NCBI GenBank assembly: GCA_043809315.1
Contig: JAZDDX010000028.1
Coordinates: 1-50,795, forward strand
Direction: 5' to 3'
Source: Pseudomonadota bacterium
GTDB lineage: Bacteria > Bdellovibrionota_G > JALEGL01 > DATDPG01
Length of the DNA: 50,795 bases
This document shows, in pieces, positions 25,740-35,075 of the stretch (the stretch's first letter is position 1; the number at the start of each line of letters is the position of its first letter). The notes beneath the pieces are model-generated. The model did not search any database and was not told where the DNA came from. It worked only from the letters and a program-made list of their open reading frames with translations. Made by a program: the position numbers and the translations under genes.

Positions 25740-26450
25740 TTACGTGACTTCTTGGTACCGAAATGCCCCCGGGGATTCGACGATCTCCCGGGCCCGCCGA
25801 AAGACGGAATCCAGCATCTCCTCGGTCAGGCGGCCGGTGAACGTGTTCTGTTGGCTCGGATGGTAGGAGGCAAGGAGAAGATAAGTAGATACAGCCACTT
25901 CGGCCCCGTGGGCAAATTTGGTTGGGCCCAGTTTTGGAAGCCCAGGGTTGCGAGTGATGAACCTACCCTTGATGACGTTCCAGGCGAAGGCCCCCAGACA
26001 TACGACGACACGAAGGTTCATCAGGAGCCGAAGCTCGCTTTCCAAATAGGGCATACAAGAGTCTCGTTCCGTAATGGTGGGCTTATTGTCGGGCGGAGCA
26101 CACCGAACGACGGCGGTTACGTAGGCATCGCGCAGTTCGAGGCCGTCGTTGCGATGTTTTGAAGTCGGTTGGTTCGCGAACCCGGATCGGTACATGGCCC
26201 GGAAGAGCCAAGCGCCGGAACGGTCGCCGGTAAAGAGTCTGCCGGTTCGATTTGCTCCGTGCGCGCCGGGGGCAAGGCCGACGACCAGCAATCGCGCGGA
26301 GGGATCGCCAAAAGAGGGGACGGGGCGGCCCCAATACATCTCGTCCCTGAACTCACGCCGTTTTTCGGCCGTGATTTTTTCACGCCAAGCAAACAGACGT
26401 GGACAGGTCCGGCAGGAGACGACCCGTTTCTGGAGCGAAGCGAGAGTTAT
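25740..26450 (-). CDS. udgB: Uracil-DNA glycosylase family 5 (UdgB-like, Fe-S)
   Basis: GLAPGAHGANRTGRLFTGDRSG, RCAPPDNKP and YHPSQQN motifs. The conserved CRTCPRL lies upstream of ATG 26339, so the start is placed at ATA 26450. Confidence 0.85.
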   Translation of the reverse strand: MTLASLQKRVVSCRTCPRLFAWREKITAEKRREFRDEMYWGRPVPSFGDPSARLLVVGLAPGAHGANRTGRLFTGDRSGAWLFRAMYRSGFANQPTSKHRNDGLELRDAYVTAVVRCAPPDNKPTITERDSCMPYLESELRLLMNLRVVVCLGAFAWNVIKGRFITRNPGLPKLGPTKFAHGAEVAVSTYLLLASYHPSQQNTFTGRLTEEMLDSVFRRAREIVESPGAFRYQEVT

Positions 26451-27190
26451 CGGATCCCCAGAAGGCGCAGCAGACCGAAGAGGGGATCATAATGGCGGTC
26501 GACCACCCGCTCCTTGAGCGGGATGATCGCGTTGTCGGTGATCTGGATCTCCTCGGGGCAGACCTTGGTGCAACACTTGGTGATGTTGCAGTACCCGATC
26601 CCGAACGGCCTCCGAAGTTCCGACAGCCGGTTCCCGGTATCGAGTGGATTCATCTCCTGGTTCGCCGAATAAACGAACAGCCTCGGTCCGATGAATTCAT
26701 CGAACAACTTGTGCTCCCGCAGAACGTGGCAGACATCCTGGCAGAGGAAGCACTCGATGCATTTCCGGAACTCCTGGGCGCGGTTGATGTCCTGTTGTTG
26801 CATCCGCCACGTTCCATCCGGCGCATCCGGTGTTCTCGGCAAGAACTTCTGAATTTTCTTCTTCGTCTCGAAGTTCCACGCCACGTCGGTCACGAGATCG
26901 CGGATCGACGGGAAGGTTCGGAGCGGTTCGATCGTGACCGGTTCGCTCAAGTCGAGGGAATTCATGCGGGTCATGCACATCAGGCGCGGATAGCCGTTCA
27001 CTTCCGCCGAGCAGGAACCGCACTTCCCCGCCTTGCAATTCCAGCGGACGGCGAGATCGTTTGCCTGTTCCGCCTGAATCTTGTGAACCGCGTCGAGGAC
27101 CACCATCCCCTCGGTGACCTCGATCTCATACTTCTCGAACTTCCCTTCGTGGACGGAGCCGCGCCAGATCAGGAACGTCGCCTTGGCCAT
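26447..27190 (-). CDS. sdhB: Succinate dehydrogenase/fumarate reductase Fe-S subunit
   Basis: CKAGKCGSC...C, CIECFLCQDVC and CNITKCCTKVCP motifs. Confidence 0.95.
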   Translation of the reverse strand: MAKATFLIWRGSVHEGKFEKYEIEVTEGMVVLDAVHKIQAEQANDLAVRWNCKAGKCGSCSAEVNGYPRLMCMTRMNSLDLSEPVTIEPLRTFPSIRDLVTDVAWNFETKKKIQKFLPRTPDAPDGTWRMQQQDINRAQEFRKCIECFLCQDVCHVLREHKLFDEFIGPRLFVYSANQEMNPLDTGNRLSELRRPFGIGYCNITKCCTKVCPEEIQITDNAIIPLKERVVDRHYDPLFGLLRLLGIR

Positions 27191-29016
27191 TATTTCATCT
27201 CCTCGATGATCTGCCTTAAGTCAGGGCGCATCTCGGGAATCGGGACCCGCTCCAGCTGCATCGTTCCATCTTTCCCCTTCCGCACGACGAGATTGCATTT
27301 CCCCCACGCAGCGTCTTTGCCGGGGTAATCCTCCCGGAAATGCCCCCCCCGGCTCTCTTTTCGCTCCACGCCGGCCCGGGCGATTGCCTCGGAAACGAGG
27401 AGGAGGTTCGGGAGGTCCATCGCCGTGTGCCAGCCGGGGTTGAACTCGCGGTTCCCGGCGACCCGCACGGCGGCAGCCTTCTTTTTGAGATCTTCGATCC
27501 GTTCGATCGCCTTCTTCATGTCGGCTTCGTTCCGGACAATCCCGGCCAACGCCTGCATCATCTCCTGGAGTTCGCTTTGGATCTTGAAAGGACCGTCCGC
27601 GTCGTGGTTCGAGGCGGTCGAGGGTTCGAACGGGGTCAACGCTCCCGTAAGAATATCGGAGACCGCGCTGTCCCGGATCGTTCCCTGCGCATGGTCTTTG
27701 GCGAATTTTGCCGCGTACTCTCCGGCCCGTTTTCCGAACACGAGGAGGTCCGACAGGGAGTTTCCTCCCAAGCGATTCGCCCCGTGCAATCCCGCCGCGC
27801 ATTCACCGGCGGCGAAGAGGCCGGGAACGGTCGACATCTGCGTGTCGCCGTCGACCCGAACCCCCCCCATGATGTAATGCGTGGTCGGGCCGATCTCCAT
27901 CGGCTCCTTCGTGATGTCGAGGTCGGCCAGTTTCTTGAACTGGTGGTACATGCTCGGGAGCTTTTTAATGATGTGTTCTTCCGAGTTCTTGACGTGCTTC
28001 TTGATCCAGGCGATGTCGAGGAAGACACCACCGTGCGGAGAGCCGCGCCCTTCCTTCACTTCCCGCATGATGCAACGGGCGACATGGTCGCGCGTCAACA
28101 GTTCCGCCGGCCGGCGCGCGTTCTTGTCTCCCGTGACATACCGCCATCCCTCCTCCTCGTTGTCGGCGGTCGAGGAGCGGTAATTCTCCGGGATGTCGTC
28201 GAACATGAACCGCTTCCCCTTGTTGTTGAGGAGAATCCCCCCTTCACCGCGGACCGCTTCGGTGACGAGGATCCCCTTGACGCTCGGAGGCCAGATCATC
28301 CCGGTCGGGTGGAACTGGATGAACTCCATGTCGATCAGATCGGCTCCTGCACGGTACGCGAGCGCCTGACCGTCGCCGGTATACTCCCAGCTATTCGAGG
28401 TGATCGAATACGCTTTCCCGATTCCTCCGGTCGCGAGGATCACTGTCTTTGCCTTGAAGAGATGGAAGAAACCCCGTTCTCGGTGGTAGCCGAACGCGCC
28501 CGCGACCCGATCGCCGTCTTTGAGAAGCGCGGTGACCGTGTATTCCATGAAGACGTCGACTCCGAGGTGGATCCCGTGATCCTGCAGAGTCCGGATGATC
28601 TCAAGACCGGTCCGGTCGCCGACGTGAGCAAGGCGCGGGTACTTGTGCCCGCCGAAATTCCTCTGGAGGATCTTGCCGTCCGGTGTCCGATCGAGGAGTG
28701 CACCCCACGCCTCGAGTTCTTTCACGCGATCGGGGGCTTCCTTGGCGTGCAGCTCCGCCATCCTCCAGTTGTTGACGTACTGTCCTCCGCGCATGGTGTC
28801 GGAGAAGTGAACCTTCCAGTTGTCGCGGTCGTCGGTGTTCGAGAGGGCGGCCGCGATTCCCCCTTCCGCCATGACGGTGTGCGCTTTTCCGAGAAGTGAT
28901 TTGCAGACCAGGGCGACACGACACCCCATCGCGGAGGCTTCGATCGCGGCCCGCAGCCCGGCTCCGCCGGCGCCGATCACCAGGACGTCATGTTCGTGCG
29001 CTTCGTACGCAATCAT
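27190..29016 (-). CDS. sdhA: Succinate dehydrogenase/fumarate reductase flavoprotein subunit
   Basis: VIGAGGAG, AHTVMAEGG, QFHPT, HGANRLGGNSL and RKESRGGH motifs; start ATG 29016 overlaps the upstream stop (TGATG). Confidence 0.95.
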   Translation of the reverse strand: MIAYEAHEHDVLVIGAGGAGLRAAIEASAMGCRVALVCKSLLGKAHTVMAEGGIAAALSNTDDRDNWKVHFSDTMRGGQYVNNWRMAELHAKEAPDRVKELEAWGALLDRTPDGKILQRNFGGHKYPRLAHVGDRTGLEIIRTLQDHGIHLGVDVFMEYTVTALLKDGDRVAGAFGYHRERGFFHLFKAKTVILATGGIGKAYSITSNSWEYTGDGQALAYRAGADLIDMEFIQFHPTGMIWPPSVKGILVTEAVRGEGGILLNNKGKRFMFDDIPENYRSSTADNEEEGWRYVTGDKNARRPAELLTRDHVARCIMREVKEGRGSPHGGVFLDIAWIKKHVKNSEEHIIKKLPSMYHQFKKLADLDITKEPMEIGPTTHYIMGGVRVDGDTQMSTVPGLFAAGECAAGLHGANRLGGNSLSDLLVFGKRAGEYAAKFAKDHAQGTIRDSAVSDILTGALTPFEPSTASNHDADGPFKIQSELQEMMQALAGIVRNEADMKKAIERIEDLKKKAAAVRVAGNREFNPGWHTAMDLPNLLLVSEAIARAGVERKESRGGHFREDYPGKDAAWGKCNLVVRKGKDGTMQLERVPIPEMRPDLRQIIEEMK

Positions 29017-29783
29017 CAGAAGATCCTCCAGTCGGTCCAGACGCCCGAGGCGCAGAGACGGATGTAGACGTCGGAGAAGCCGACCCACACCAGCGAAATC
29101 CAGGCCCAAAAAGCGTGCAGCCGGTTCAAGCAACTCGAGCATTCGTACGCTTTCGCGCGGGCCGGCGATTTCGAGAAGATGTCGAGAACGCCGCCGATCA
29201 AGTGCCGGAGCGAATGGCATCCGAAGACGTAGCAGGAGAGAAGGACGACATCGACCACGAGGACGAGGGTTCCGATGCCGACGCCGAACTCCTTCGCATC
29301 GGTGGACGGGTTCACGAACGAAAAAGCGTGGAAGGTATCGTAACAATGGAAGCCGATGAAGATCACCGCCAAATACATGAAGTAGCGATGGCTGTTCTGC
29401 AGGATCAGCGGGAGGGAGTTTTCCCCCAGGAACTTCTTGCGCGGCTCGGTGACGGCGCAGGAGATCGGATCGGCCCAGAACGCCTTATAGTAGGCGCCGC
29501 GGAAATAGTAACAGGTGAACCGGAACAATCCCGGCACCCAGACGATGAAGAGGCCCGGCGAGAAGCGGAGCCAGCTCGGCCACCAGGTCGGTTGCGGCCC
29601 GAAGAGCGCGTGATGTGAAGCCCCGAAGATCTCCGGGGCATAGAACGGCGATATGTACGGGCCGAACGTGTAGTTCGCGTTCTGAAAGACCGCCCAGGTG
29701 GAATAGATGATGAAGGCGACCAGGCCGGCGAAAACTGCCGCCGGTTCGAGCCACCAGAGATCACGACGCAGGGTCTGGAACAT
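29016..29783 (-). CDS. Succinate dehydrogenase membrane subunit, mycobacterial Sdh1 (Rv0249c) type
   Basis: RRDLWW, YISPFY, FRFTCYYFRGAYYKAFW, QNSHRYF and GCHSLRHLIGG motifs; several TM helices. Confidence 0.85.
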   Translation of the reverse strand: MFQTLRRDLWWLEPAAVFAGLVAFIIYSTWAVFQNANYTFGPYISPFYAPEIFGASHHALFGPQPTWWPSWLRFSPGLFIVWVPGLFRFTCYYFRGAYYKAFWADPISCAVTEPRKKFLGENSLPLILQNSHRYFMYLAVIFIGFHCYDTFHAFSFVNPSTDAKEFGVGIGTLVLVVDVVLLSCYVFGCHSLRHLIGGVLDIFSKSPARAKAYECSSCLNRLHAFWAWISLVWVGFSDVYIRLCASGVWTDWRIF

Positions 29784-29934
29784 GGGGAGTTCTTTCAACC
29801 TTTGCAATGGGTTACATAAACCGCGGAAGTATACCGGCCAAGTTGGAAGTTGCCAGTTTGAGGCATGACCGCAATTTTTGCGTAGAAAAGGAGGGACAAT
29901 CGGAACAATTTCCCTGCGATTTCAAACACTTTCC

Positions 29935-29951
29935 TTGGCATGTCCCGTGCT
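29935..29951 (+). promoter_or_regulatory. Putative sigma54 promoter with upstream IHF-like site
   Basis: TTGGCATGTCCCGTGCT (GG-N10-GC), preceded by ATTTCAAACACTT. Confidence 0.5.
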
Positions 29952-29974
29952 TCGTAGGGGTGTGGGCTACTAAT

Positions 29975-30982
29975 ATGATGAAAAAGACGCTTGGAATCGT
30001 CTCACTCGTGATCTCGATCTTCGCTTGCGGCGGGCCGGAAGTTGACACGTCCTCCTCCGACCAGCTTTCCGGCGATCAACCAACTCCGACCCCACAAGAA
30101 TCCGTTTTGCCGACCGCTACCCCGGCTCCGGGATCGACCGCCACGGCGACCCCCCGACCTTCAAACGGTGCGATCATCGCGGACCACGGTGCGGCCGACC
30201 GCTTCAGCTGTATCTCGAGCTATTGGCTGGAGCAGGCGAGAAAGCTCACGCTCCATTACGCCCACACGTCGCACGGAGGGCAGCTCATTGAGGGGGCGCG
30301 GAAGCTCGACACAACGACCGGGCTTGCCCACCCCCACGCGACCAACCCGTACGCCTTCATCGCGCAGATCAGCTCGACCGTGTACGACCCGATCATCTCG
30401 GGATCTCTGACACTGACGAACGTCGTAGATCACGTCCGAGTCCTCGACGGAAACCCGCCGGGGAGCGACTACGTCACGCCCGAGTTGTACTGGGCCACCG
30501 AAGCCGGGAAATCCACGACTCGAGGGGTCGCCGATACCCACAAATACAACTTCTCGATGTTCTCCTGGTGCGGTCAGCAATCGACCAACACGACGACGCA
30601 AGTACAGACCTATCTCGACACGATGGACGTCTTCGAGCAGTCGTATCCGTCGATGCGGTTCATCTTCATGACCGGGCACCTGGACGGCGGGGGTGCGACG
30701 CTGGCCCGGAACAACAAGGCGGTGCGGGACTACGTGATCGCGCACAACAAGGTGTTGTACGATTTTGCCGATATCGAGAGCTACGACCCGGCGGGGACGT
30801 ATTATGCGACCGAATCGGACGCCTGCACGTGGTGTACATCGTGGTGCAGCGCCCATCCGGCCGATTGCACGAACCTTCCCGCGACCTGCGCGCACAGCCA
30901 CCCGTTCAACTGCAAACGCAAAGCCCAGGCGTTCTGGTGGTTGATGGCACGCCTCGCCGGCTGGGACGGGATCTGCCCCTGA
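29975..30982 (+). CDS. Lipoprotein with Pro/Thr linker and uncharacterised hydrolase-like (possibly SGNH-like) domain, Cys-rich tail
   Basis: Lipobox IFA-C; motifs HTSHG, FSWCGQ, MTGHLD, YDFADIES and CAHSHPFNC. Confidence 0.7.
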   Translation: MMKKTLGIVSLVISIFACGGPEVDTSSSDQLSGDQPTPTPQESVLPTATPAPGSTATATPRPSNGAIIADHGAADRFSCISSYWLEQARKLTLHYAHTSHGGQLIEGARKLDTTTGLAHPHATNPYAFIAQISSTVYDPIISGSLTLTNVVDHVRVLDGNPPGSDYVTPELYWATEAGKSTTRGVADTHKYNFSMFSWCGQQSTNTTTQVQTYLDTMDVFEQSYPSMRFIFMTGHLDGGGATLARNNKAVRDYVIAHNKVLYDFADIESYDPAGTYYATESDACTWCTSWCSAHPADCTNLPATCAHSHPFNCKRKAQAFWWLMARLAGWDGICP

Positions 30983-31000
30983 AGGGGTCTCCCGAGCAAG

Positions 31001-31678
31001 TTACGCGAAGAGCGCCCAGGCAAGAACCAAGAGCATAGCCGGCAGGAAATCGCCGATCGGGATTTTCGAGATCCGGGCGAGATTCACTCCGATCATGAGG
31101 ACCAGGACCCCTCCGACTCCGGAAATCTCGGCCAGGATGTGGGGTTGGTTCAAGAACGTGGCCTTGGAGGCGCATAGGGCGATCGCCCCCTGGTAAAGAA
31201 AAACCGGAACGGCGGAAAACAGAACCCCGAATCCATACACGCCGGCGAGCGCGGTCGCGGTGACGCCGTCGAGGAGCGACTTCGCGTAAAGGACCTCGTG
31301 ATCCCCCGTGACTCCGGAGTTGATCGCCCCGACGATCGCCATCCCTCCGGCGCAGAAGAGGATCGAGCTGATCGTGAGCCCCGTCGCGAACGAACTTTCT
31401 TTCTCCCGCGTGATCCGATCCTGAAGTTTCTTGGCTCCCCGTTCGATCCGCGCTTCGAGGTCGAAGACGAGGCCGGTCAATCCGCCGAGGGCCAGGCAGG
31501 AGATGAAGACGATAGGGTCGTTGAACTTGAGCGCCATCCGGAGTCCGATCACGATCGTGACGAAACCGAAGGCAAGTTGAATTCTCTTGGCGATCGCGTC
31601 GGTGATCAGGCGTCGGAACAGGAGCCCGACGAGCGTACCGGCGACGATTGCGAGCGTATTGGCGAGAACCCCGATCAC
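31001..31678 (-). CDS. DUF554 family membrane protein
   Basis: MIGVLANTLAIVAG, LFCAGGMAIVGAI, KSLLDG and YQG motifs; GTGA overlap with the transketolase stop. Confidence 0.88.
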   Translation of the reverse strand: MIGVLANTLAIVAGTLVGLLFRRLITDAIAKRIQLAFGFVTIVIGLRMALKFNDPIVFISCLALGGLTGLVFDLEARIERGAKKLQDRITREKESSFATGLTISSILFCAGGMAIVGAINSGVTGDHEVLYAKSLLDGVTATALAGVYGFGVLFSAVPVFLYQGAIALCASKATFLNQPHILAEISGVGGVLVLMIGVNLARISKIPIGDFLPAMLLVLAWALFA

Positions 31679-34002
31679 GATCGCACGAAGCGGGAGATCG
31701 CGTCGATCTGTGTCGGCGCATCGAGCCCCGCCTCCTCGATGCACTTCTCCCCGATCCCGCTTCCCAGGTAGTGACGGTTCCGGAACGGGAAGAGCGTGGC
31801 ATCCCGTCCGAGCCGAGAGGTGATCCAACGATAGGTCGTGGGACGCGTGAATCCGGAGATCATCATCGCCCGGCCGGCCGCTTCGTAGGGATAGATTGAT
31901 TCCCGTTCCTCGGGGGAAAGGAGCTCGAACAGCTCGCTGCTCGCGATGTAATAGACATCGAGATTCATGCCGTTCTTCCGGAGGTGCGGGAGAACGCCTT
32001 CGACGAAGACGTTCACGACATCGCTTCCCTGGTAGACGACCACCCCCTCGGGTTTTCCGTTGGCCGCCAGGAGTTTGTAAACCCCCTTCACCGACGCCTC
32101 CGGAAGTGCCAATCCGAGGGCGCCACGGTCGAAGATCTTCTCCCCCGGCCGAGTCACGAACGGAACGAGGACCGGCGGCTTTTGTTGAAGCGCGGCGACG
32201 AACAACGGCCAGAGGTCGTGCGGGTCCCACGGGGTCAATGTGATCAGAGAACCGAGAGGATAGTTGTTCTGGAGGATCGCGAGCGTTTGCGGGTCAGCGT
32301 GCGTCGGCCCGTCCTCGCCGGTCTTGATTCCGGTGTGCCCGCAGAGCATGACGAACGTCCGGTTCGCGGCCTCCGGGATCCGGTGTTTTCGCGCCTGCTG
32401 CCCGATCGCGTGCGTTCGGGCGCTGATCACGTTGAGCGGGGCAAGGAACGCACCATACGAGGCGCCGACGGAAATGTGCCCGCCGATCGCCGCGATCCCG
32501 GAGCAGATTCCCCCGATCGCATCCTCCGTGATCCCCCCCGCGGCGAAGATCCTCGACGTCGGATTCCGCTTCGAATGCCAGAAACCGGAGCCGAACCCGG
32601 CCCCGATCTCGAACGTGTTCGTCGAGCCGTAGACGTCGGCGGAGGTGGCGAGAATGCCGCCACCGGTTTCCCGGTTCAGGAAGTTCAACGTGTCGGTCAG
32701 CGCTCCCCGCAGCGTTTGAGTCGATCCGAACGGGTACCGGCAGGAAGGGGGACGGCGATCCGGAGAGACTCGGTCGTTGGAATCAAGGAGTTCAAGCCTC
32801 GGCGGGTTGGGACGGACGGGGCGCGGGGTTTTCCCGAGCACCTGCTCCCGCTCGGAGAGCATCTCCCCGAGGCGTCGCGTAAGCGTTGGTTTGGTTTCGA
32901 ACGCTTTCCGGATCAGGAGAAGAGAGTCGAAGTACGTTTGTTCGATCCGGTCAGGACTTTTCTCCCCCTCGAAACGGGGGAAGGTCAACGCCAGCTCTTT
33001 TTCGAACGGCTCCAGAGCCTTGTCGTATTTGGGGCTTCCGAACTGGTGCCCGGCGCCGTGCGATTTTCTCCCCTCGATCCCGTATCTCCACCCCTTGATC
33101 GTCCGGTAGACGATCGCCGTCGGTTGGGTTCCGGTCAGTTCCAGGCCCCGGCGTTGCGCCGTATCGATCTGGGAGAAATCGAATCCGTCTTCGACATGAA
33201 TCACGTTAAAACCGTGAACGAGAAAATACTCGACGGGGTTCCACTGGACGTAATCCCCCGGGTTGGACCCTTCCCGTGTCACGGAGTCGGAATCGATCGA
33301 CGATTCGTTCCAATCTAGGTGGACGAGGAAGTTGTTCAGCCCGGCGGAAGCGGCCGCGGAGGAACCTTCGCTCACCCGACCGGGGGTCATCCCCCCTTCC
33401 CCCTCGAGCGTGTGAACGATCGGAGAAGAATCGCCATGGAGGTCTTTGAGGGCGAGGGCGAGTCCGACGCTCGCGGTGAAACCGACGCCGCTCGGTCCGG
33501 TCGAAAGCCAAACGAACGGGGTCTGCGGTGTCGGGTGGCCGTCGAGTGCCTTGGCCGAATATTTCCGGAAGAGAGGAGTGCGGGTGATCGGGTTCCGGCG
33601 GAACCCCAGGAGATCTTCGAGACGCATCTGTTGGAGAACGCCAGGGAGAACGGCGGGTTGGGTGATCCGGACGATCTCGTTCCGGCAGGCGTACATGGCA
33701 TACATTCCGAGAGCCTTGTGCCCGGCGGCGTACGAGAGGATGTCGGCGGTCCGCTCGTCCGGATCGGACATCTTGTAGAGCATCTGCCGGAAGAGGAGCG
33801 ATTGGACGATCCGGCCGCTCGAAATGCTTCCCCCTGGGTGCCCGGAGCTCGAGAAGTTGAACATGACGGCGCAGAGGGTCCGGTAGACCAGGTCGAAAAA
33901 CGTCAGCGCTTCGAGGTCGGCCGCCGGGATCGGGCGGCTCTCTTTCGGGCCGATTTCGAGATAAGTGGTTCCGCGCTCGTCGAGGTTCAGGTCGTAGTTC
34001 AT
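31675..34002 (-). CDS. Divergent transketolase-like ThDP enzyme
   Basis: SGHPGGS, GHK, GHP, STGPSGVG, GITED and GEDGPTH motifs; start ATG 34002 with GGAGA site. Confidence 0.85.
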   Translation of the reverse strand: MNYDLNLDERGTTYLEIGPKESRPIPAADLEALTFFDLVYRTLCAVMFNFSSSGHPGGSISSGRIVQSLLFRQMLYKMSDPDERTADILSYAAGHKALGMYAMYACRNEIVRITQPAVLPGVLQQMRLEDLLGFRRNPITRTPLFRKYSAKALDGHPTPQTPFVWLSTGPSGVGFTASVGLALALKDLHGDSSPIVHTLEGEGGMTPGRVSEGSSAAASAGLNNFLVHLDWNESSIDSDSVTREGSNPGDYVQWNPVEYFLVHGFNVIHVEDGFDFSQIDTAQRRGLELTGTQPTAIVYRTIKGWRYGIEGRKSHGAGHQFGSPKYDKALEPFEKELALTFPRFEGEKSPDRIEQTYFDSLLLIRKAFETKPTLTRRLGEMLSEREQVLGKTPRPVRPNPPRLELLDSNDRVSPDRRPPSCRYPFGSTQTLRGALTDTLNFLNRETGGGILATSADVYGSTNTFEIGAGFGSGFWHSKRNPTSRIFAAGGITEDAIGGICSGIAAIGGHISVGASYGAFLAPLNVISARTHAIGQQARKHRIPEAANRTFVMLCGHTGIKTGEDGPTHADPQTLAILQNNYPLGSLITLTPWDPHDLWPLFVAALQQKPPVLVPFVTRPGEKIFDRGALGLALPEASVKGVYKLLAANGKPEGVVVYQGSDVVNVFVEGVLPHLRKNGMNLDVYYIASSELFELLSPEERESIYPYEAAGRAMMISGFTRPTTYRWITSRLGRDATLFPFRNRHYLGSGIGEKCIEEAGLDAPTQIDAISRFVRS

Positions 34003-34024
34003 GTGGGATTCTCCGGCGGCGGCA

Positions 34025-34357
34025 TCATAACGGTGAGTAGGTGCAGAGGCCAGCGGTACAAGAGACCGTCCCGCTCCCGCACGGGGGAATCCGGGCCATA
34101 AGCGTGCAAGAGGTTCCGGTGCAATCGAAAGAGCGATCGAACGAGCTTTTTTGGCTGCCGTTGATCGCAGTCTCTTTCCCTCCGTTGGCGCAATCACAGC
34201 AACCGTTGTTGACGAAGACGCAATCGGAGGTCTGCGTGCAGTCCTGAAATCCCTTCAGCTCCGGGTCGGTCATCGGGGCGGTTCGTTTCTGGCTGTCGCA
34301 GCCGACAAGTGAGAAAGTTATGGCCATGAACAAAGGAATCAATCTGCTGGGACTCAT
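34025..34357 (-). CDS. Small Cys-rich lipoprotein
   Basis: Lipobox LVG-C; CTQTSDC...GCCDC...C...C...C...C..G.C pattern. Start uncertain (34357 or 34327). Confidence 0.65.
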   Translation of the reverse strand: MSPSRLIPLFMAITFSLVGCDSQKRTAPMTDPELKGFQDCTQTSDCVFVNNGCCDCANGGKETAINGSQKSSFDRSFDCTGTSCTLMARIPPCGSGTVSCTAGLCTYSPL

Positions 34358-35075
34358 TCTGTTGACCAGTATCGCGCAAGCCGCGCCCCCGGACAATTTT
34401 GTTTCGATCCGGGAGGTCGATCCGACGATCGTGCTGGAGATCCGGTACGCGGGAGCGCACAACTTTCTTGGACGCCCGGTGAACGGGTACGGGGCCCCCG
34501 CCTGTTGGTTGACGAAAAAGGCGGCAGCCGCTCTCCAGTCGGTCCAGGCGGAGCTTCAAAAGTTCGGTCTGTCGTTGAAAGTGTACGACTGCTATCGACC
34601 CCAGCGTGCGGTTGCCGATTTCGTCGCGTGGGCGAAGGATCTCAACGACACGAAGATGAAGAAAGAGTTCTACCCGCGGGTGGAGAAGATCAATCTATTC
34701 CGGGACGGGTATATCGCGGAAAAATCGGGACATACTCGGGGGAGCGCAGTCGATCTCACGATCGTTCCGATTCCTCCGCCACGCCAACGCGAATTCCGGG
34801 AAAAGGAAAAGCTGATCGACTGTGCAGTACCGAGGAACAAAAGGTTTCCCGACAACACCCTGGACATGGGAACGGGGTACGATTGTTTCGACCCCCTCGC
34901 CCACCCGGCGAATCAAACCGTAGGGATCGAACAACGGAAGAACCGTCTTCTTCTGAAATCGATCATGGAAAAAAACGGGTTCGTGGGGATCGCGGAAGAG
35001 TGGTGGCACTTCAAGCTGAAAGAAGAGCCGTATCCCGACACCTATTTCGACTTTAAAGTGGAGGAGGGGAGATGA
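34326..35075 (+). CDS. ddpX: D-Ala-D-Ala dipeptidase (M15D, VanX/DdpX family), with signal peptide
   Basis: YDCYRPQRA, SGHTRGSAVD and EEWWHF motifs. Confidence 0.9.
   Translation: MNKGINLLGLILLTSIAQAAPPDNFVSIREVDPTIVLEIRYAGAHNFLGRPVNGYGAPACWLTKKAAAALQSVQAELQKFGLSLKVYDCYRPQRAVADFVAWAKDLNDTKMKKEFYPRVEKINLFRDGYIAEKSGHTRGSAVDLTIVPIPPPRQREFREKEKLIDCAVPRNKRFPDNTLDMGTGYDCFDPLAHPANQTVGIEQRKNRLLLKSIMEKNGFVGIAEEWWHFKLKEEPYPDTYFDFKVEEGR

Noticed and set aside
31431-31440. Another TTGGCTCCCC match to the tRNA-Asn 3' end
   Set aside because: Lies inside the intact DUF554 coding sequence with no flanking similarity; most likely chance.
34326-35075. vanX as part of a vancomycin-resistance cluster
   Set aside because: No vanH, vanA or vanRS nearby; the signal peptide fits a housekeeping DdpX-type enzyme.
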